A stretch of 59,028 nucleotides of DNA, the filler included, from Sphacelaria rigidula (taxonomy: Eukaryota), in assembly GCA_964200075.2 (NCBI GenBank). It is 10 parts of 10 records of this genome, joined end to end, with 100 filler letters (N's around TTAATTAATTAA, not from the genome) between each part and the next. Parts side by side here need not be neighbours in the genome. Positions count along the whole stretch, not along the records: positions 41,392 to 47,204 come from CAXNAA020024265.1; positions 47,305 to 53,116 come from CAXNAA020024266.1; positions 53,217 to 59,028 come from CAXNAA020024267.1; 7 more parts are not named here. One strand, given 5' to 3'. Of this stretch, positions 42,876 to 55,960 are shown in pieces. Every line of letters begins with the position of its first letter. Position 1 is the first letter of the stretch. The notes beneath the pieces were generated by a model, which saw only the letters and a list, made by a program, of their open reading frames with translations, was not told the origin of the DNA and did no database searches. The position numbers and the translations under genes were made by a program.

Positions 42876-43540
42876 CACTCTGATCTCCGAGGGGCCCCAG
42901 CCGGGTCTTTTTTTCTTGAAGAGATCCATTTGTTGTGGTTGCAAGATTTACATACCCAGCATGTACGAAATGGAAAACACGCGACGACGAAAAGCGACGA
43001 AAACAGGTGAGTGAAAACAGCAAAACGAGTAGACTGCTGGGGGGGGGGCGTGGGGGAGGACGCCAACGTGAGCGTATTGTAACTTCGATTTTGATCGCAC
43101 AGATACCCCTCCCTCTACTACTACGGCGAAAGCGGCGTAAAAGATCGTTGGCGAAAGGTTGAGGGACGCCCATTCGTCGCTCCGTTGTCTGTTGGTTGCA
43201 GTAGACCATCATCTGTACTAAGAACTAGCTCATTTTGTGTTCCTCGACTTGTAACTTGGCTGGTTATCAAATAATACATCTACATACTGTACACATGATG
43301 TTATTTGATTCATGCACGTACGTGGGATAGATGAGACGAGGAGGGTCGGCATCATGGTGTGAACGAAGCCGACGCAAGTCATGCCATACCACGTCAGGGG
43401 TAGCGCATTTGGGCCCAGGTGTTCCTCATTGAGGGGTATCCAAAGTTGGGAGTACAGTAGTCTTTCCGTTTTAGTTTATAGTCAAAATCTTCGTCGCTGT
43501 CAAAAGAGATGGATAATAAATGAAACTATTTGATTGCGCA

Positions 43541-43780
43541 ATGCTACGGTAGAGGTACACTTTTTGCGCAAAATGTTGTCTGGTTCAGGGGCTCCCAAAG
43601 ATTCAAGATGCACAAGAATACGGGGCGTCCCCGTTTGGGAATTCCTTCGAGATATCCCCAGCGTATAGGAATAGTAAATCCTGGCATACTCTCACAAATT
43701 TCGTAAGTCGTTTTCGATGAGACAAAGGGCTCCTAAAAATTCTAACCTCAGAAAATATGTGTGCACCACTACCGTAGCAT
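43541..43780. mobile_element. Same MITE family, copy 2
   Basis: atgctacggtagaggtacac..gtgcaccactaccgtagcat. Confidence 0.85.
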
Positions 43781-44070
43781 CACTTGATCCATTAATCGAT
43801 CGCTTCTCGCTCTCAATCGTATCCTAGTAGACTCTCAAAATCGCAAAAACGTTGTTTACTTTGACATCGAACTAAATCCAAAGTTATGGTATCTGGGTGA
43901 TGTGGGGTTTTAGAGTCATCGGATTTCCACTAATAACGTGCACTCATGACCCAGAGAGCGTCCTGACGGTTCCTCTTATATCTGTCGCAGGGAAGCTCCG
44001 ACCCCCTCACACTTGGGAGTTCGGCAGGTATTGGCTCTCCGAATGAGAAAAACAATGCTTTATTTCAGCA

Positions 44071-44316
44071 ATGCCACGGTAGGGGTGCATCTTTCGCGCG
44101 AAATTTTGTCTGGCTCAGGGGCTCCTGAAGATCCTTGATGCACAAGAACATGGGTCAGACCACCCCCGTTCGCAAATTAATTTGGGACACCCCTGGCATG
44201 TTGGGCTAGTAATCCTAGCGTACTCTCACATATTTCATAGGTCGTCTTTTGGATGAGATAAAGGGTTCTCAACAATTCAAACCTCAGAAAATATTTGTGC
44301 ACCCCTACCGTAGCAT
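44071..44316. mobile_element. Same MITE family, copy 3
   Basis: atgccacggtaggggtgcat..gtgcacccctaccgtagcat. Confidence 0.85.
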
Positions 44317-45474
44317 CCCTCATTTTTTCAATACATCAAAAAGCCTTTATAATAACTCATTGAAGAGGCTGTCATCCAAATACAAGATGAGCAGTACGCT
44401 TCGTGCCGAACAAACTTGGCAGGATGCAGCTCATCCTTCATGCGAATCATGCGAATTGCTGAACACATCACGGCGCTTCGCGCTTGGTGATTGATTGCGT
44501 CCCTGGTCCATCGACAACCCGGCCTGCTCCGTCCCAGCTTTGTAGGGATGCGAAGTCAACGGTCACATGACCACGGCATGCACGAGCAGAAGTACCCCCG
44601 CCCCCCCCTCCGCCCCCTTCAGGTATAGAAATCGCAACGATCGAAAACAGCCGGGCTCTTGAGCATACTGCACCACAAGTTGTCGAGAGTAAAACTATTA
44701 AATTCCATAACATTCTGAGTAGTTAGGCGATACATTTTATTTTCCGTGAAAGAAGGAGTAAACGTGACCCAAGACTTACCCCGCCAACAGATTCGTGTGG
44801 CGATTGCCCGGAGGCTCGGCTAGACCACCGTGTGGCCGTCACATGGGGTAGGCGCCTCGAGCGTTCGGAAAGTTTTGCTCAAGGCAGCGAGCGTAGTGTG
44901 GGAGCCCCTTATACCCTTTGTCAACTTGGCGCAGTGCACACGTCGCCCTACGCTTACAATCTTCGGCCCTAGGTGGCAGTGGGGCACTGTCGACAAGCCT
45001 CTTGCACCCGTATGATACGGGCTTGAGCCATTTGGACAGCGTGTCGGACGCATCTGGGTACGCATTGCTCCCCTTTCTTCCCACGCCCCGAGTCGATTGC
45101 CTCTATCCGGTGCTTCGTTCACACGAATCCGAGGGGAGGGGGTCATCAACAAACCAGTCGAAGTTCAGTAACAACGATTTTGACTCCATCCTGCCTGTCC
45201 TCTAATCTGATGCCCACCCCCCACTCGATCGACTGAACTTATTTCTAGACGCAATTGCCCGCACACAGCAGCAGCACATGACAACACACTTCACGGTGAC
45301 TGCCAAGAGTAAAAAACAAAACAGAAAAAAAACTCTTCTATTCTTCAATTTACCCGCTGGGCATCGATCGCTGTGTGGACATAGAGGAACCGTCCGTTTG
45401 CGTATCGCAAGGTCCCAACCCAACAGCCAACCGAAACACAAGACCTGCACCATCAAAATCACCATCATCTATCA

Positions 45475-47133
45475 TCATCCAGCCGACATGACGACAGCGC
45501 CATCGCGTACAATCATGATTTCAGCATATCCGGAACGACGACGCCTAACAATTTTGAGCCCGTCCGGCAACATCGCATCCTGAAGAGCCTGCACCGCCAG
45601 CTCTTGCCCCACCACCAAACACTTCAGACCCGCCGGCAACTGCATCCCATCAATGGGCTGCTTAAACACCGCGCCAAGCTTCAGAATCTCGAGACCGGCG
45701 GGAAACTTGGCCTGGCCCAAGGGTTGGTCGAAGCGATTCCCGAATGAAAGGTGGCGTAACGCGGGCGGCCAAGCCGCGCCGGCCACAGGTTGGCTAAACC
45801 TTCCCGGGAACGACAAGTACTCGAGGCACTCAGGCCAAAGCGCTGCCTCTACCTCGCGATTAAAGTCTTCCCCGAAGCTAAGGCGACGGAGCTCGGTCGG
45901 CCAAGACACCCCGACAACCTCCTGGTTGAATTTGTCGCCGAACGAGAGTTCCCTCAGACCCGCCGGTAACCACACAGCCATTGTTGCGCCATCAACGATG
46001 GGCTGGTTGAAATCACGCCCAAACGTCAGTCTCTCTAGCCCAGCGGGCAGAGACTGGAGTGTCTCGGCTGCGCACAACATGGGCTGATTGAAGCAGTCGC
46101 CGAAGGTGAGCCTCTCCAATCCCGTCGGCCATACTACACGGTCGACGGGCCGGTTGAAGAGACCGCCGACGGTAAGTTGCCTTAGTCCCGAGGGCAACAA
46201 CGCTCCATCAAGAGGCTGATTGAAATGGAACAGCGACAGCTCCTCCAATCCTTCCGGGAGGCTAATCTCCTGGAAAATTCCAGGGAAATTTCCTCTCAAG
46301 GTCAACGCACGCAAACCCCGCGGGAAACAACGCACCGACGCCAGGCTGCAAGAAAATTTTTCTCCGAGGGTAACGCTCTCGAGCGAGGGCGGCCATTTTA
46401 CCCCGTCGTGCAAGGGCTTATCGAACTTCGCTCCGAACGATACCTCTTTCAAACCTCGCGGCCACACTACGCCCGTCAAGGGTTGATTGAAAAATGTTCC
46501 GAACTCGAGACGTGCGAGATCCGGCGGCCAGAGCACATTGCCGATTGGCTGCGAAAAAGCCTCCCCGAAAACCAGCTCTTTCAGAGATGCCGGCCAATTA
46601 ACCTCATCGATGGACAAATTGAAGCTCCTCCCGAAGGTTAGCGACCGAAGCTCCGCCGGCAGCTCGCGGTGGAGCGCAGCGATTGTACTGCTACTAGAAC
46701 CTGCGCACTCCCACACCATGGACACCACAAATGGGCGCGGTATACGAGTACGACCGCTTGCTAGGCCATTCGATAGCGGACTACTGCTGTTGCAATCGGC
46801 CCTAATATCGTCAGGTCGCTGCTGGTCACTAGTACTGCTGCATTGCGCGGCTGTTGGTATTGTGTCGGACCACAGTGACTTGGGACCCCGTTTGACTACC
46901 CGTACCCGCACTCTCGTCACCTCGCGACAGTCTATGCATATCCTGAGACAGCACTGCTGCAGGATCAACATCGTGCACATCTGAATGTGGCCTGAGACCA
47001 CAGCCGCCCGCACCGCGTCCGGAAATCTGTCTTGAGTGACGGAAGGCTCCGCTGCCGAACACTCTTGGAGCGAAGAGGGAGAAGGCGCGTTTCGGGAGGA
47101 CAAGGGGAGGACAGGGGGAGGGGGGACAATCAT
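45475..47133 (-). CDS. FNIP (IP22)-repeat, LRR-like protein
   Basis: A 552-aa uninterrupted ORF with about 15 repeats of roughly 22 aa (FNQPl..v.WP.gL..L.FG..). The true N-terminus is uncertain. Confidence 0.88.
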   Translation of the reverse strand: MIVPPPPVLPLSSRNAPSPSSLQECSAAEPSVTQDRFPDAVRAAVVSGHIQMCTMLILQQCCLRICIDCREVTRVRVRVVKRGPKSLWSDTIPTAAQCSSTSDQQRPDDIRADCNSSSPLSNGLASGRTRIPRPFVVSMVWECAGSSSSTIAALHRELPAELRSLTFGRSFNLSIDEVNWPASLKELVFGEAFSQPIGNVLWPPDLARLEFGTFFNQPLTGVVWPRGLKEVSFGAKFDKPLHDGVKWPPSLESVTLGEKFSCSLASVRCFPRGLRALTLRGNFPGIFQEISLPEGLEELSLFHFNQPLDGALLPSGLRQLTVGGLFNRPVDRVVWPTGLERLTFGDCFNQPMLCAAETLQSLPAGLERLTFGRDFNQPIVDGATMAVWLPAGLRELSFGDKFNQEVVGVSWPTELRRLSFGEDFNREVEAALWPECLEYLSFPGRFSQPVAGAAWPPALRHLSFGNRFDQPLGQAKFPAGLEILKLGAVFKQPIDGMQLPAGLKCLVVGQELAVQALQDAMLPDGLKIVRRRRSGYAEIMIVRDGAVVMSAG

Positions 47134-47329
47134 TCGCTGCTTGCCGTAGTCATCTAGTCATTGACCACACATCCCTTTCGAGACGGAGCACAGTGGGAAG
47201 GGGGNNNNNNNNNNNNNNNNNNNNNNNNNNNNNNNNNNNNNNNNNNNNTTAATTAATTAANNNNNNNNNNNNNNNNNNNNNNNNNNNNNNNNNNNNNNNN
47301 NNNNAGCAAAAAAAACAAAAAAACAAAAT

Positions 47330-47910
47330 AGACTCAGATTCAAAACTCACAAAACGCGATACAAGCTAAACAGGAATGAATAATAATGAAGAAAGGGAGT
47401 ACATATGGCTAACCTCAGAAGGTCCGGTGCCGCAGGTGGCCATTCGGACTTCAGGGGGTGGCACTCGGTTTTCCATATAACTCGACGCGCGACAAGTAGA
47501 AATGAACACAGGGTGCGACTACGGGCGAGACTCAAGGCCCCAAATACCGCCACCCAAAGGATTAAAGAACTAAGAATCGCAACGTTCCATCTTGCGGCCT
47601 CTCGAGGGACAGCCATACGTACAAGCATACCAGGTGTATCAAGACAAGAACTGCATGACTTAACGACACCCCTCATCGGGGGGGTTCACTCCCCACCCCC
47701 CACTTCTCTGGACCGTTGTCATTGCAGTGCTATTTGGGCTTCGTTGGTCTCCCGTCTAATCGCAGGCAGTCGGCTGGCCTCCTCCTCATTCCTGTGCCAT
47801 AGGGCGCGGTCAATTCCGAATGTCTGGCGTTTGTCGTCCGTAGAGCCGTCTGTGGCTCCGAAAGCGTGGAGATCGTCTCGCAGGCACTTCAGCCAGTTGC
47901 CGCCTTCAAC
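47330..47910 (-). mobile_element. 3' remnant of an RTE-like LINE
   Basis: The minus strand reads NWLKCLRDDLHAFG..WHRNEEEASR, which resembles an RTE ORF C-terminus, followed by UTR-like sequence and a simple-repeat tail. Confidence 0.5.
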
Positions 47911-49469
47911 ACTGAAAACCTCACATAAATTACAGTCTGAAAACGTGTGATGTGCTGCACCCCTTTTTCTGATGAGTGACTACTACTACTACTGTACAAA
48001 CCTACTGTCTGTACCAGCTGGGTAGTGCAGTCGTGTACAGTTTTCTGACGCCTGCAGCTCAATACGGCATGAATCAGGAACACAACACTAGATGCCCTGT
48101 TAATGCCGACATGATTGAAGGCATATCGGTTGGCGGGGTGATGTGGCGAAGCCGAATCCACAATGCTGGTAAGTACGGTTGTGCGCTTGTCCCCATCTCT
48201 CCTGTGCTGCCGCAGGGGCGCAGCGGTTGCGCCAGTATGATTTCGTACGAAGATTATGCGGCGTAACTGCAGCCGGTGTACAGTATCTTTATCTTTCAAC
48301 GGTTGACCGGTGCCATTTTCGACTTTTGCACTTCATTTTTGATTGTGAAGTTCTCGTCTCGACTGCTGCTTAAGGCTCCAACGTGAAACTTGGTGCACCA
48401 GTCGGGCACACACAGCCAGTGTATGCACCGGAGCGCAGCCACTTTCCCTCCGCGAGCAAATTAAACAAAGCGAATTCCAATTTTGGGCAATACCGTCTGT
48501 ATGGCCTCAAAACGATTACCTGGCGGCCGAGATGCTGTGTACCGTGCGTGAATGCACATGTGGATGTGGTAGCCCACTCACTTCCGCATCGTAACCATCT
48601 GGGACGCTGACGTGCTCGCAAACAAACATAGATCATTTCTGCCGCCGCCTGTGGATGATGACAATCTGTAAAAAACACATTCCGGTATCGACTGTAGAGA
48701 TGCTCAGGGCAGGAGGCACGGTCATGCGCGCGCTGTTGTCGCTTTTATGTCCTGAAACTTTGCTGACATCTCATGTAGACGACAATCAACAAGTCCGTGC
48801 GTCTTGATCAAGGGTTTGGCGTTGCAGCAGTGCGTGAGGGGATGAAAAGAGCTACAATTCTGTTCCGAAATAATGATTTTGTTTGTTTTTTGGCGCAGGA
48901 CTGAAAAGAAACATGATAAAAAGTACCAGGCATGATCGCATACTTCTTCACCATTACAACATTTGTACAGTATGTAATCAGCTTCTCACACGAACCTCAC
49001 AATCACTTCTTCATAACAACGGCAACAACACCAACACAGAGAGAGGTAGCAGAGTGATGCCGCGATCGCCCCCCTCGTAACCAGCCCCAGAACTGTGACA
49101 AAAAAATGGCCACACAAATACAACGTATGACAGCGGGTTTCAGACTGAATGAAACGCCCCATATCTCATATGGGTAACATCTGCGAAACCGATCCCGAGC
49201 GTGGGAGTTCCCAGCTGCTCGGTGCGCTCGGTTTCTGTCATTGTGTTTTACATGCAGAGTTTGCCTCCTCAAGCCTTGTCAGACCAGTCATTTTTTGGAG
49301 GGGACTATTGCGGCGTTACGCAGCAACTCAAACTACACTCTGATTTATTTGGCGAGACTCGGTTCGTTTGACCTCTCTCGTACCTACCTTATAATGGGGG
49401 CTATGGCGCCTTCAAAAAACAATACGAGCCTCCTTGCGTAAGGTTGTGGGTTGGAGGATCAAAAGGCCT

Positions 49470-49533
49470 AAAAGTTGAAAAGTTGAAAAGTTGAAAAGTT
49501 GAAAAGTTGAAAAGTTGAAAAGTTGAAAAGTTG
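49470..49533. repeat. (AAAAGTTG)8 perfect tandem repeat
   Basis: Read directly from the sequence. Confidence 0.95.
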
Positions 49534-49700
49534 GGGGAATCAGCCACAAAGCATTTTCTTTGCGAAATTTCAATAATTAAAATACTTCGCCTGTCCCTCG
49601 ACAAAAAAAGCGCATACAACAACACGCCTCGAAAGCGTCCACAACACCACGCACCATCCACAAGGGCTCGTAGATTTGAGGGTGTATGGTGTTCGTAGTG

Positions 49701-49858
49701 ATGGATCCCTACGACGAGGAGGAGTTCCGAATGGAGGAAGAGGCAGCCATGTGGCGTGGCGTGAAAGATCAGAGCAGTGGAAAGACGTACTTTTACCACA
49801 TCGTCACGAGGGAGTCGGTGTGGGAGAAGCCCCTATGTCTTTGCTCTGCACAGGAAAG
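49701..49858 (+). CDS. Probable first coding exon of a WW-domain protein
   Basis: MDPYDEEEFRMEEEAAMWRGVKDQSSGKTYFYHIVTRESVWEKP fits W-x(8)-G.TYFY..T.ES.WEKP. GT donor at 49859; downstream exons not identified. Confidence 0.8.
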
Positions 49859-52800
49859 GTCTGTGAAAATAATGAGTGTCGAAATGTTACGATGTGGCCA
49901 TGCGACGTTCGCCTGTACAGAGAGCAGTACGATTATTTTCAAGGTTTCTTTGATACAGACCAGACACGACGTTAGCGATGTAAGACGAGTAAACAGGAGG
50001 GTTATGTTTACAGTGGACGATATGCGAGGATAGGATTTTCCGCATGCAGCTACCATTCCCCCTGGTGTTTTCTGCTGGCGGCGCGCATGTTCGATTGGCT
50101 GGCTGCCTGTCATTCGGCCTTGAACTGGTCGTCGCTTGTTTTCTGGGGTCGTGATACGTGAACAGTATTTGTTCGGTGGCGTTCTTTTGCACTCACCGAC
50201 TGTTGGGACATTGACACAGCCTCCGTGCTTGTACCACACCGCAGCCGATACGTCTGCGGAGGATGGAAAGCATGCCCGCGTGTACAGCGTGCCGCCGCTA
50301 CTGCATTGCTAGTGAAACCTCGTGCATGCACATGGTCTCCAGAAGGTTAACGTGTGCTGTATCGACGTCGCAGCCGAAACGGTGGTATCCAAGCCTACGT
50401 GAGCACTATGCACGAGTGGTATCCACGCCTACGTCGGCACTAAAGCTGACTGTTGTTACTGTAATGATCCGTCTACTGCTGTGCAGTTGGTGGTATTGCA
50501 GCCGTCCATCGTTTTAGCGTAAGTTCAGCTGGTTGTAGTGATGGTTTTACGTAAACTGGTACGCTCCTCCCTCCCAGCTAGTTGTCGCTACGTATACTGT
50601 TGACGTTTGCGTTGCGGTAAATTATATCACATCCTTTGAGCGGTCGATAGGTTCGACTCGGGATGAGGTCCTGGTCTGATCCGCGATTTTCAACTTGGGT
50701 GTTACCGTCCGCTCGCGTGCGTGGCCTAATCAGCTAAATAGTCAGCGAGCCAAAACGAACTGTAGATTTTCCGCCGAGCTACAGTGAACGTCCTGTGTTT
50801 CCAGGTGTTGCGGGTTGGGTGCTGCACTCTGGTGCACGGACTTTTGGGACTGTCTGTACTACAGTACTCAGCTGTACTGTGAGGAATGAATGCGTGGCCA
50901 CAGACACCCGCGTTCGTCAGCAACCTCCTGCCCCTTCTCTCTCTTGTGAGCTGCAGGTTGAACACTGTTGTGTGTTTCATATATATTAGTGTTCCTACTG
51001 TACTTGGCATGGGGTAGTATGGTTGTTTTCGCTGCCCATCTTCAAGGATAGAACAGTTTAGTTCGAAGTAATTTGTCTACAATGGTACTCATTGTCGTCT
51101 GCAATCCTCACCGTTCGTGTCGGAGGGTCAGAATGTTTTTAGATTCACGCCTGAACTACAATAGCTTGAGTACAACATGCCTCACCCACCGCGCCATCAT
51201 GGCAAGATACCAGCTCGCCAACATTCACAACGGACTTGAATTTCGACATATCACGTGCTCTATCGTCCATATACTGTACTGTATTTCATGTTTGTGGATG
51301 AGAGAGACACAAGATGGTAATGAACGTCAACGCCAAGACCGGTAAATTCAACCCAGGTCTGTTGAGGGTACAACGCGAGTCGGTAACAAATAACTCCGCT
51401 GTTGTGCGCCCTGTACCGTACTGAACTGCAACGCCGGGACAAATGCACCAACGATAATTTCTTGCTGCTCCGCCCTTGGTGGTATGCAGATGGAATCCCA
51501 AATTCTATTACACAACTGCTGTGCCGGACGACGGTGTAATACGGCGTTGTACAGAGTCAGTAGGGTACGGATGGTCTTTGGTGTATTTTCAAGATGCACC
51601 GCTCTCGTAGTTAATTACAGGACCTATTCTGAGGAATCCCTCGTAAATAATGGGCGCATTTCCACCGCACCTGCACACCTGGGGACTAATCGACTGGTCG
51701 CCTTACACACACTGGTCTCCGGATATTCTGTTCCGAAGTATGCCTACCTCACGTGTAAATATGTTGTCTTGTGCCCGCGTCGTACCTACTACTTTCTTGT
51801 CATCAATAAACTGTGGTGCCCGGTCACTGTGTAATATTATTTCTTGTGTTGGCACCTCAGCACAGGGACCTCCCGTCTACCTACAGGAGATTAGCCCGCA
51901 ACAAATCGTGAAGCGTGCGAGCAGTGCGGTTAGTTGTTCCCCGGTGCCAATACAACAGTCCGTATTAATGGGGGAAAGGTCGTTTAGTTCGCTTGTGCAT
52001 TGCGTTGCTCTCCTTTTTAGACCTCTCTGAAAATTGACGAGACTTGAGCTGTGCCTAGCAGGCCTGTTGTGGGGCACTTATTTATGCGGTTGCTGTTTCT
52101 TACTGCTGTACTGTACTACTGTAAACTTCGAGGCACAGCCTACATCAGTTGGGATTGCGCCGAGTCCCAGTCAGCAATATCGTAGACAAGTGTGATCAAC
52201 CGACTGCCTGTCGGTGCGCGTGTCTCAACCTCATCACTTTCTATTCCGTGTTTCGTACTTCGGATGGTGGTGGAGATACCAGACGGGCGAGACGGAGAGG
52301 CTCCCACCTCTGGCCTCGTCGTGGGACCTGAGAACTGTAGCGTGCGCATTTCAAACTGTTCACTCTCCCACCCCCTCCCTTCCTCCCTCCTGCCGTCTGC
52401 GTGCTCTTTCAGCCCATTGTGCTATCATTTCACCACCGGACTTCCCCATCGCTGGCTATTTTTCACTCTTTTTTACTCGCTATAGTTTCCGGGTCTGAGG
52501 GCGGGTTCACGCGAGATAGTGTCTCATTATTCGGGTGTATATATATATATATATATTTGTATATAACTTTAACCCTTGACCCTAATCGCAACCCCAAGCA
52601 CACCGATAACCCTCGGGCAAGGGGGGTGCATACAGTGTCCTACGCAAAGTGGGTATTGGCTGAGCTATAATCGGCGCATACGTGCTACGCAAAAAGCTGA
52701 TGGTCCAGGACCGATCTTCGCCGCGGAATACGGGGCTTTCTGGATTATCAGAAAGACATGCTATACTCTCCGAGGGGATCCTGTACCGATGTCAGATGTC

Positions 52801-55061
52801 AGTGAGACACGCTCTTAAGATTAACCGAGACATCAATTTTTCGACCCAGAGTCACCGTGGGCGCATGATCAGAAAACTGCACCTCTCGGAGAGTGCGGCT
52901 TCCGAGGTAACACAAATCGCGCAAGCCCCGTATTCCGGCGAGAATCAGCTCTCAAGCACCAAAATATTTATTTGGGAATTATATACTTTTCACACCCTAG
53001 CTAGGGTCGGACAAATAATTATCCGTCTGAAAATTACTTGGTTTTAGTATGTGAGTCGGCTCGTGACGAATCAATCCCTAGGCTTGATTTCAGCGTTGCA
53101 ACCCAGGTACACGCAGNNNNNNNNNNNNNNNNNNNNNNNNNNNNNNNNNNNNNNNNNNNNTTAATTAATTAANNNNNNNNNNNNNNNNNNNNNNNNNNNN
53201 NNNNNNNNNNNNNNNNTGTGGTATCGCCACTTCCAGAGACAGCCAGAGCTTTTACATTGCCTCATTGGTGTGTGTGTGTGTGTTCGGGGGGGCGTACAGT
53301 ACTCATGTGTTGCTTGCCTTAGTCGTTTAACCATTGACCACGCACCCCTTTCAACACGGAGCACCGGCAGTGTGTGTCTATGTGGGTGGGGGGATGTCGG
53401 AGAATGCCTGATACACCTCCTGGTTGAGAAAACGGAAACTTCGCCCTACGACCGGGACTGTGAGAACATGGTCACCTCTTGCGGTAGGCGACTGATTTCA
53501 TGTTTCTTCTGGGGGTGTATGTGCGAGTGCATGCGAGAGGTACACGATTAACCTGACGATGGCGATATTGTTGGTAATGAGTGACTCAACGTGGAAATGT
53601 CATTTGCAGAGATGCGCCACGGCGCGCTGGAATAATACAAGATACTGCTCCCCGTGCAGACACAAGCAGCCAGATGAAAGTAAGTGGCTGAGACAAACGA
53701 ATGCCGCGATACGAGTCGGGTTGCGATGAAAAGCGATTCATGCGCGACGCAGCTGGACAGCCGCGACGAGGTCAGCTCTGCTTGTGGAAGAAATCAGTCG
53801 AGAGGCATATATGCTACGAGTACGATCATAGGATGGGGTGCTTGATTTTACGAAAAGAAGGGCTCATAGTATTTATAGGTAACAAGTGCCTTCGAACAAT
53901 AATCGCTGCTTTCAACGACGATTTGAAGTGGAATCTGGTGGAAATAACGATCGAAAATATCCTCTTTCCCCTTTTTGTAGCATGGCCCTCGATCGGCAGT
54001 AGTGGCAAAGTACCGCATCCTCTTGTCTCAGAGCCTTCCCACCTTCCGGAGGGCGTGAATTATTGCCCGGACGTGACTCGTTTGGGCAATGATTTTTCAT
54101 GACGAGCGCTCATTCCTGCCTTGGGATGTCTCTCCGCAACTACTTGCGCATGTTTGTCTCCTAGATCGACAGCGACAGCATCGTATGAGCTCATCGTTGC
54201 CGAAAACAATGCCTCAGAGTGATTTCTTCGTTTGTGCAGCAGTTTCGCCAACTCCCTTCCCCTACTTCGTGAGATGGCCCCTCGATATTAAAAAAAAAAG
54301 GCGAAATATAGCTCCGAGTGAACCGATGACGTCACCACTATGGCTCTCCCCTACTGAGCTGCGGCGAGTTGCATAAAATGCGATCCAACGTATTCACGAG
54401 ATATGACAAAGACAAGATACGGCTTTATTAAGATCCCTGCTGTTAATGTTGTCACGCGTAGCCGAATCGTATTGGCCGCACACATACCTCGTACTATAGT
54501 AGCGACAATAACTCCACTGCACCTACAGCGATACGATGAACATCGCTCTATCCGTTCATATATTTTGCAATTTTGCCATGTTCTTATAGAACACAAAAAA
54601 TTCAAATGGAGCTACCAACAGATGAGAGCCATCCGTCTATCGTCAACGTAAGACATTTCCAAGAACCAAAACTCTTCCCTGAGATCACCAAGCCAATCTG
54701 AGCAAAGGTTGAGCATTCTCCCGCCACCGTCACCCGGTTTCACTACTTCTACTGCTACTTTGTCTGGGTAGCCTCCACGCCGTGCTTCAAGGCTGGTGTC
54801 TTCTTTCTGTCTGCGATTACCAAAGCTCTCCTGGCGGCCGCCGGCCCTTTCGATGCCTTGATTCCTCCTGTCGCACCCCCTGCTTCCGTGCTCGCACCTC
54901 CCTCTGCTTCCGAGTCATCGAGTGATAAAGCGGGGGCGAGGGTATGTGTGTGCCGGGGGTGGGGGATGGGGAGGGGCGTTGGTTAGACTTCAAACGTCCT
55001 CGATTGCAAGGGAGACAACAATCTCGGCTTGTCCTCGGCCGGATCGCGCACGAGTGAATCT

Positions 55062-55290
55062 TGCTACCGTAAGGGTTCCGCATTTGGGCCCAAATCTTTC
55101 TCGTTTGGGGACTTTCGAAGCTAGGAGTATTTTAGTTTGAAAATTCATTCGGCATATACCTAATAATAGCTGGGATGCTACATAACCCTGGTGTGCTCTC
55201 AAGTATTTCATAGGTCGTTTTTCGGGTGAAATCGAAAGCTCCTAATAGTTCACCCCTCAGAAAATATTTGTGCACCCCTACTGTTGCACC
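55062..55290. mobile_element. Same MITE family, diverged copy 4
   Basis: Right end cagaaaatatttgtgcacccctactgt and interior tatttcataggtcgt match copies 1-3. Confidence 0.7.
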
Positions 55291-55715
55291 AACTTTACCT
55301 CGTAAGCACAGCCCTGCCAAAGGGCAGCGCTCCCAAAGTAGTGCCGATAATGATAGAGCTTAATCATCTCGAGTGGGTTGGAGTTTCGTTGTTGAACCTC
55401 AGTAGTGCCCGTTTTCCACGATCTACTAAAAATACACAGTGTTCTACCCCTCCTAGTCTAATCTTCTACGATCGCACCAATTAATCCGTGATCACCACCC
55501 CCCTCTTCTGCAGTGCCCCGCGGCGCCCACGATGATCCCGACGTTTCCGTTTTCTCGTACATTTACCTTACCTTCCCCTCGCCCTTTTTGCGCCTCTTGT
55601 TCCTCTCCTCCGTCTTCTCCTTCGTAGTTTGCTACTCGAACGCGGTGGGCGATCGTCTTTGCAACTCTCGCGCTCCAGTTCGAACCTTCGCGACGTTGGA
55701 AGAATTGTGGAGTCA

Positions 55716-55960
55716 TGCTACGTAAGGTGTTGCACATCTGGGCACATTATTTCTCATTCAGGAGCTCCTGAAGTTAGGAGCTACGCAAGAATATGGGTTA
55801 GGACGTTCCCGTTTGAAAGTTCAATCAGGATATCCATAGTCCATCGGAATGCTAATCGGGGCGCGGTCTCACGTATTTCATACGTCACCTATTGGAGGAG
55901 ACGGAGGGCTCCTGAAAATTCAAACCGCAGGAAGCATTTCTGCACCCCTTACCGTAGTAC
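55716..55960. mobile_element. Same MITE family, diverged copy 5
   Basis: atgctacgtaaggtgttgcac..ggagctcctgaag..caagaatatggg..tgcaccccttaccgtagt. Confidence 0.7.

Noticed and set aside
45653..46984. Plus-strand ORFs overlapping the FNIP gene
   Set aside because: They are antisense shadows of a GC-rich coding sequence.
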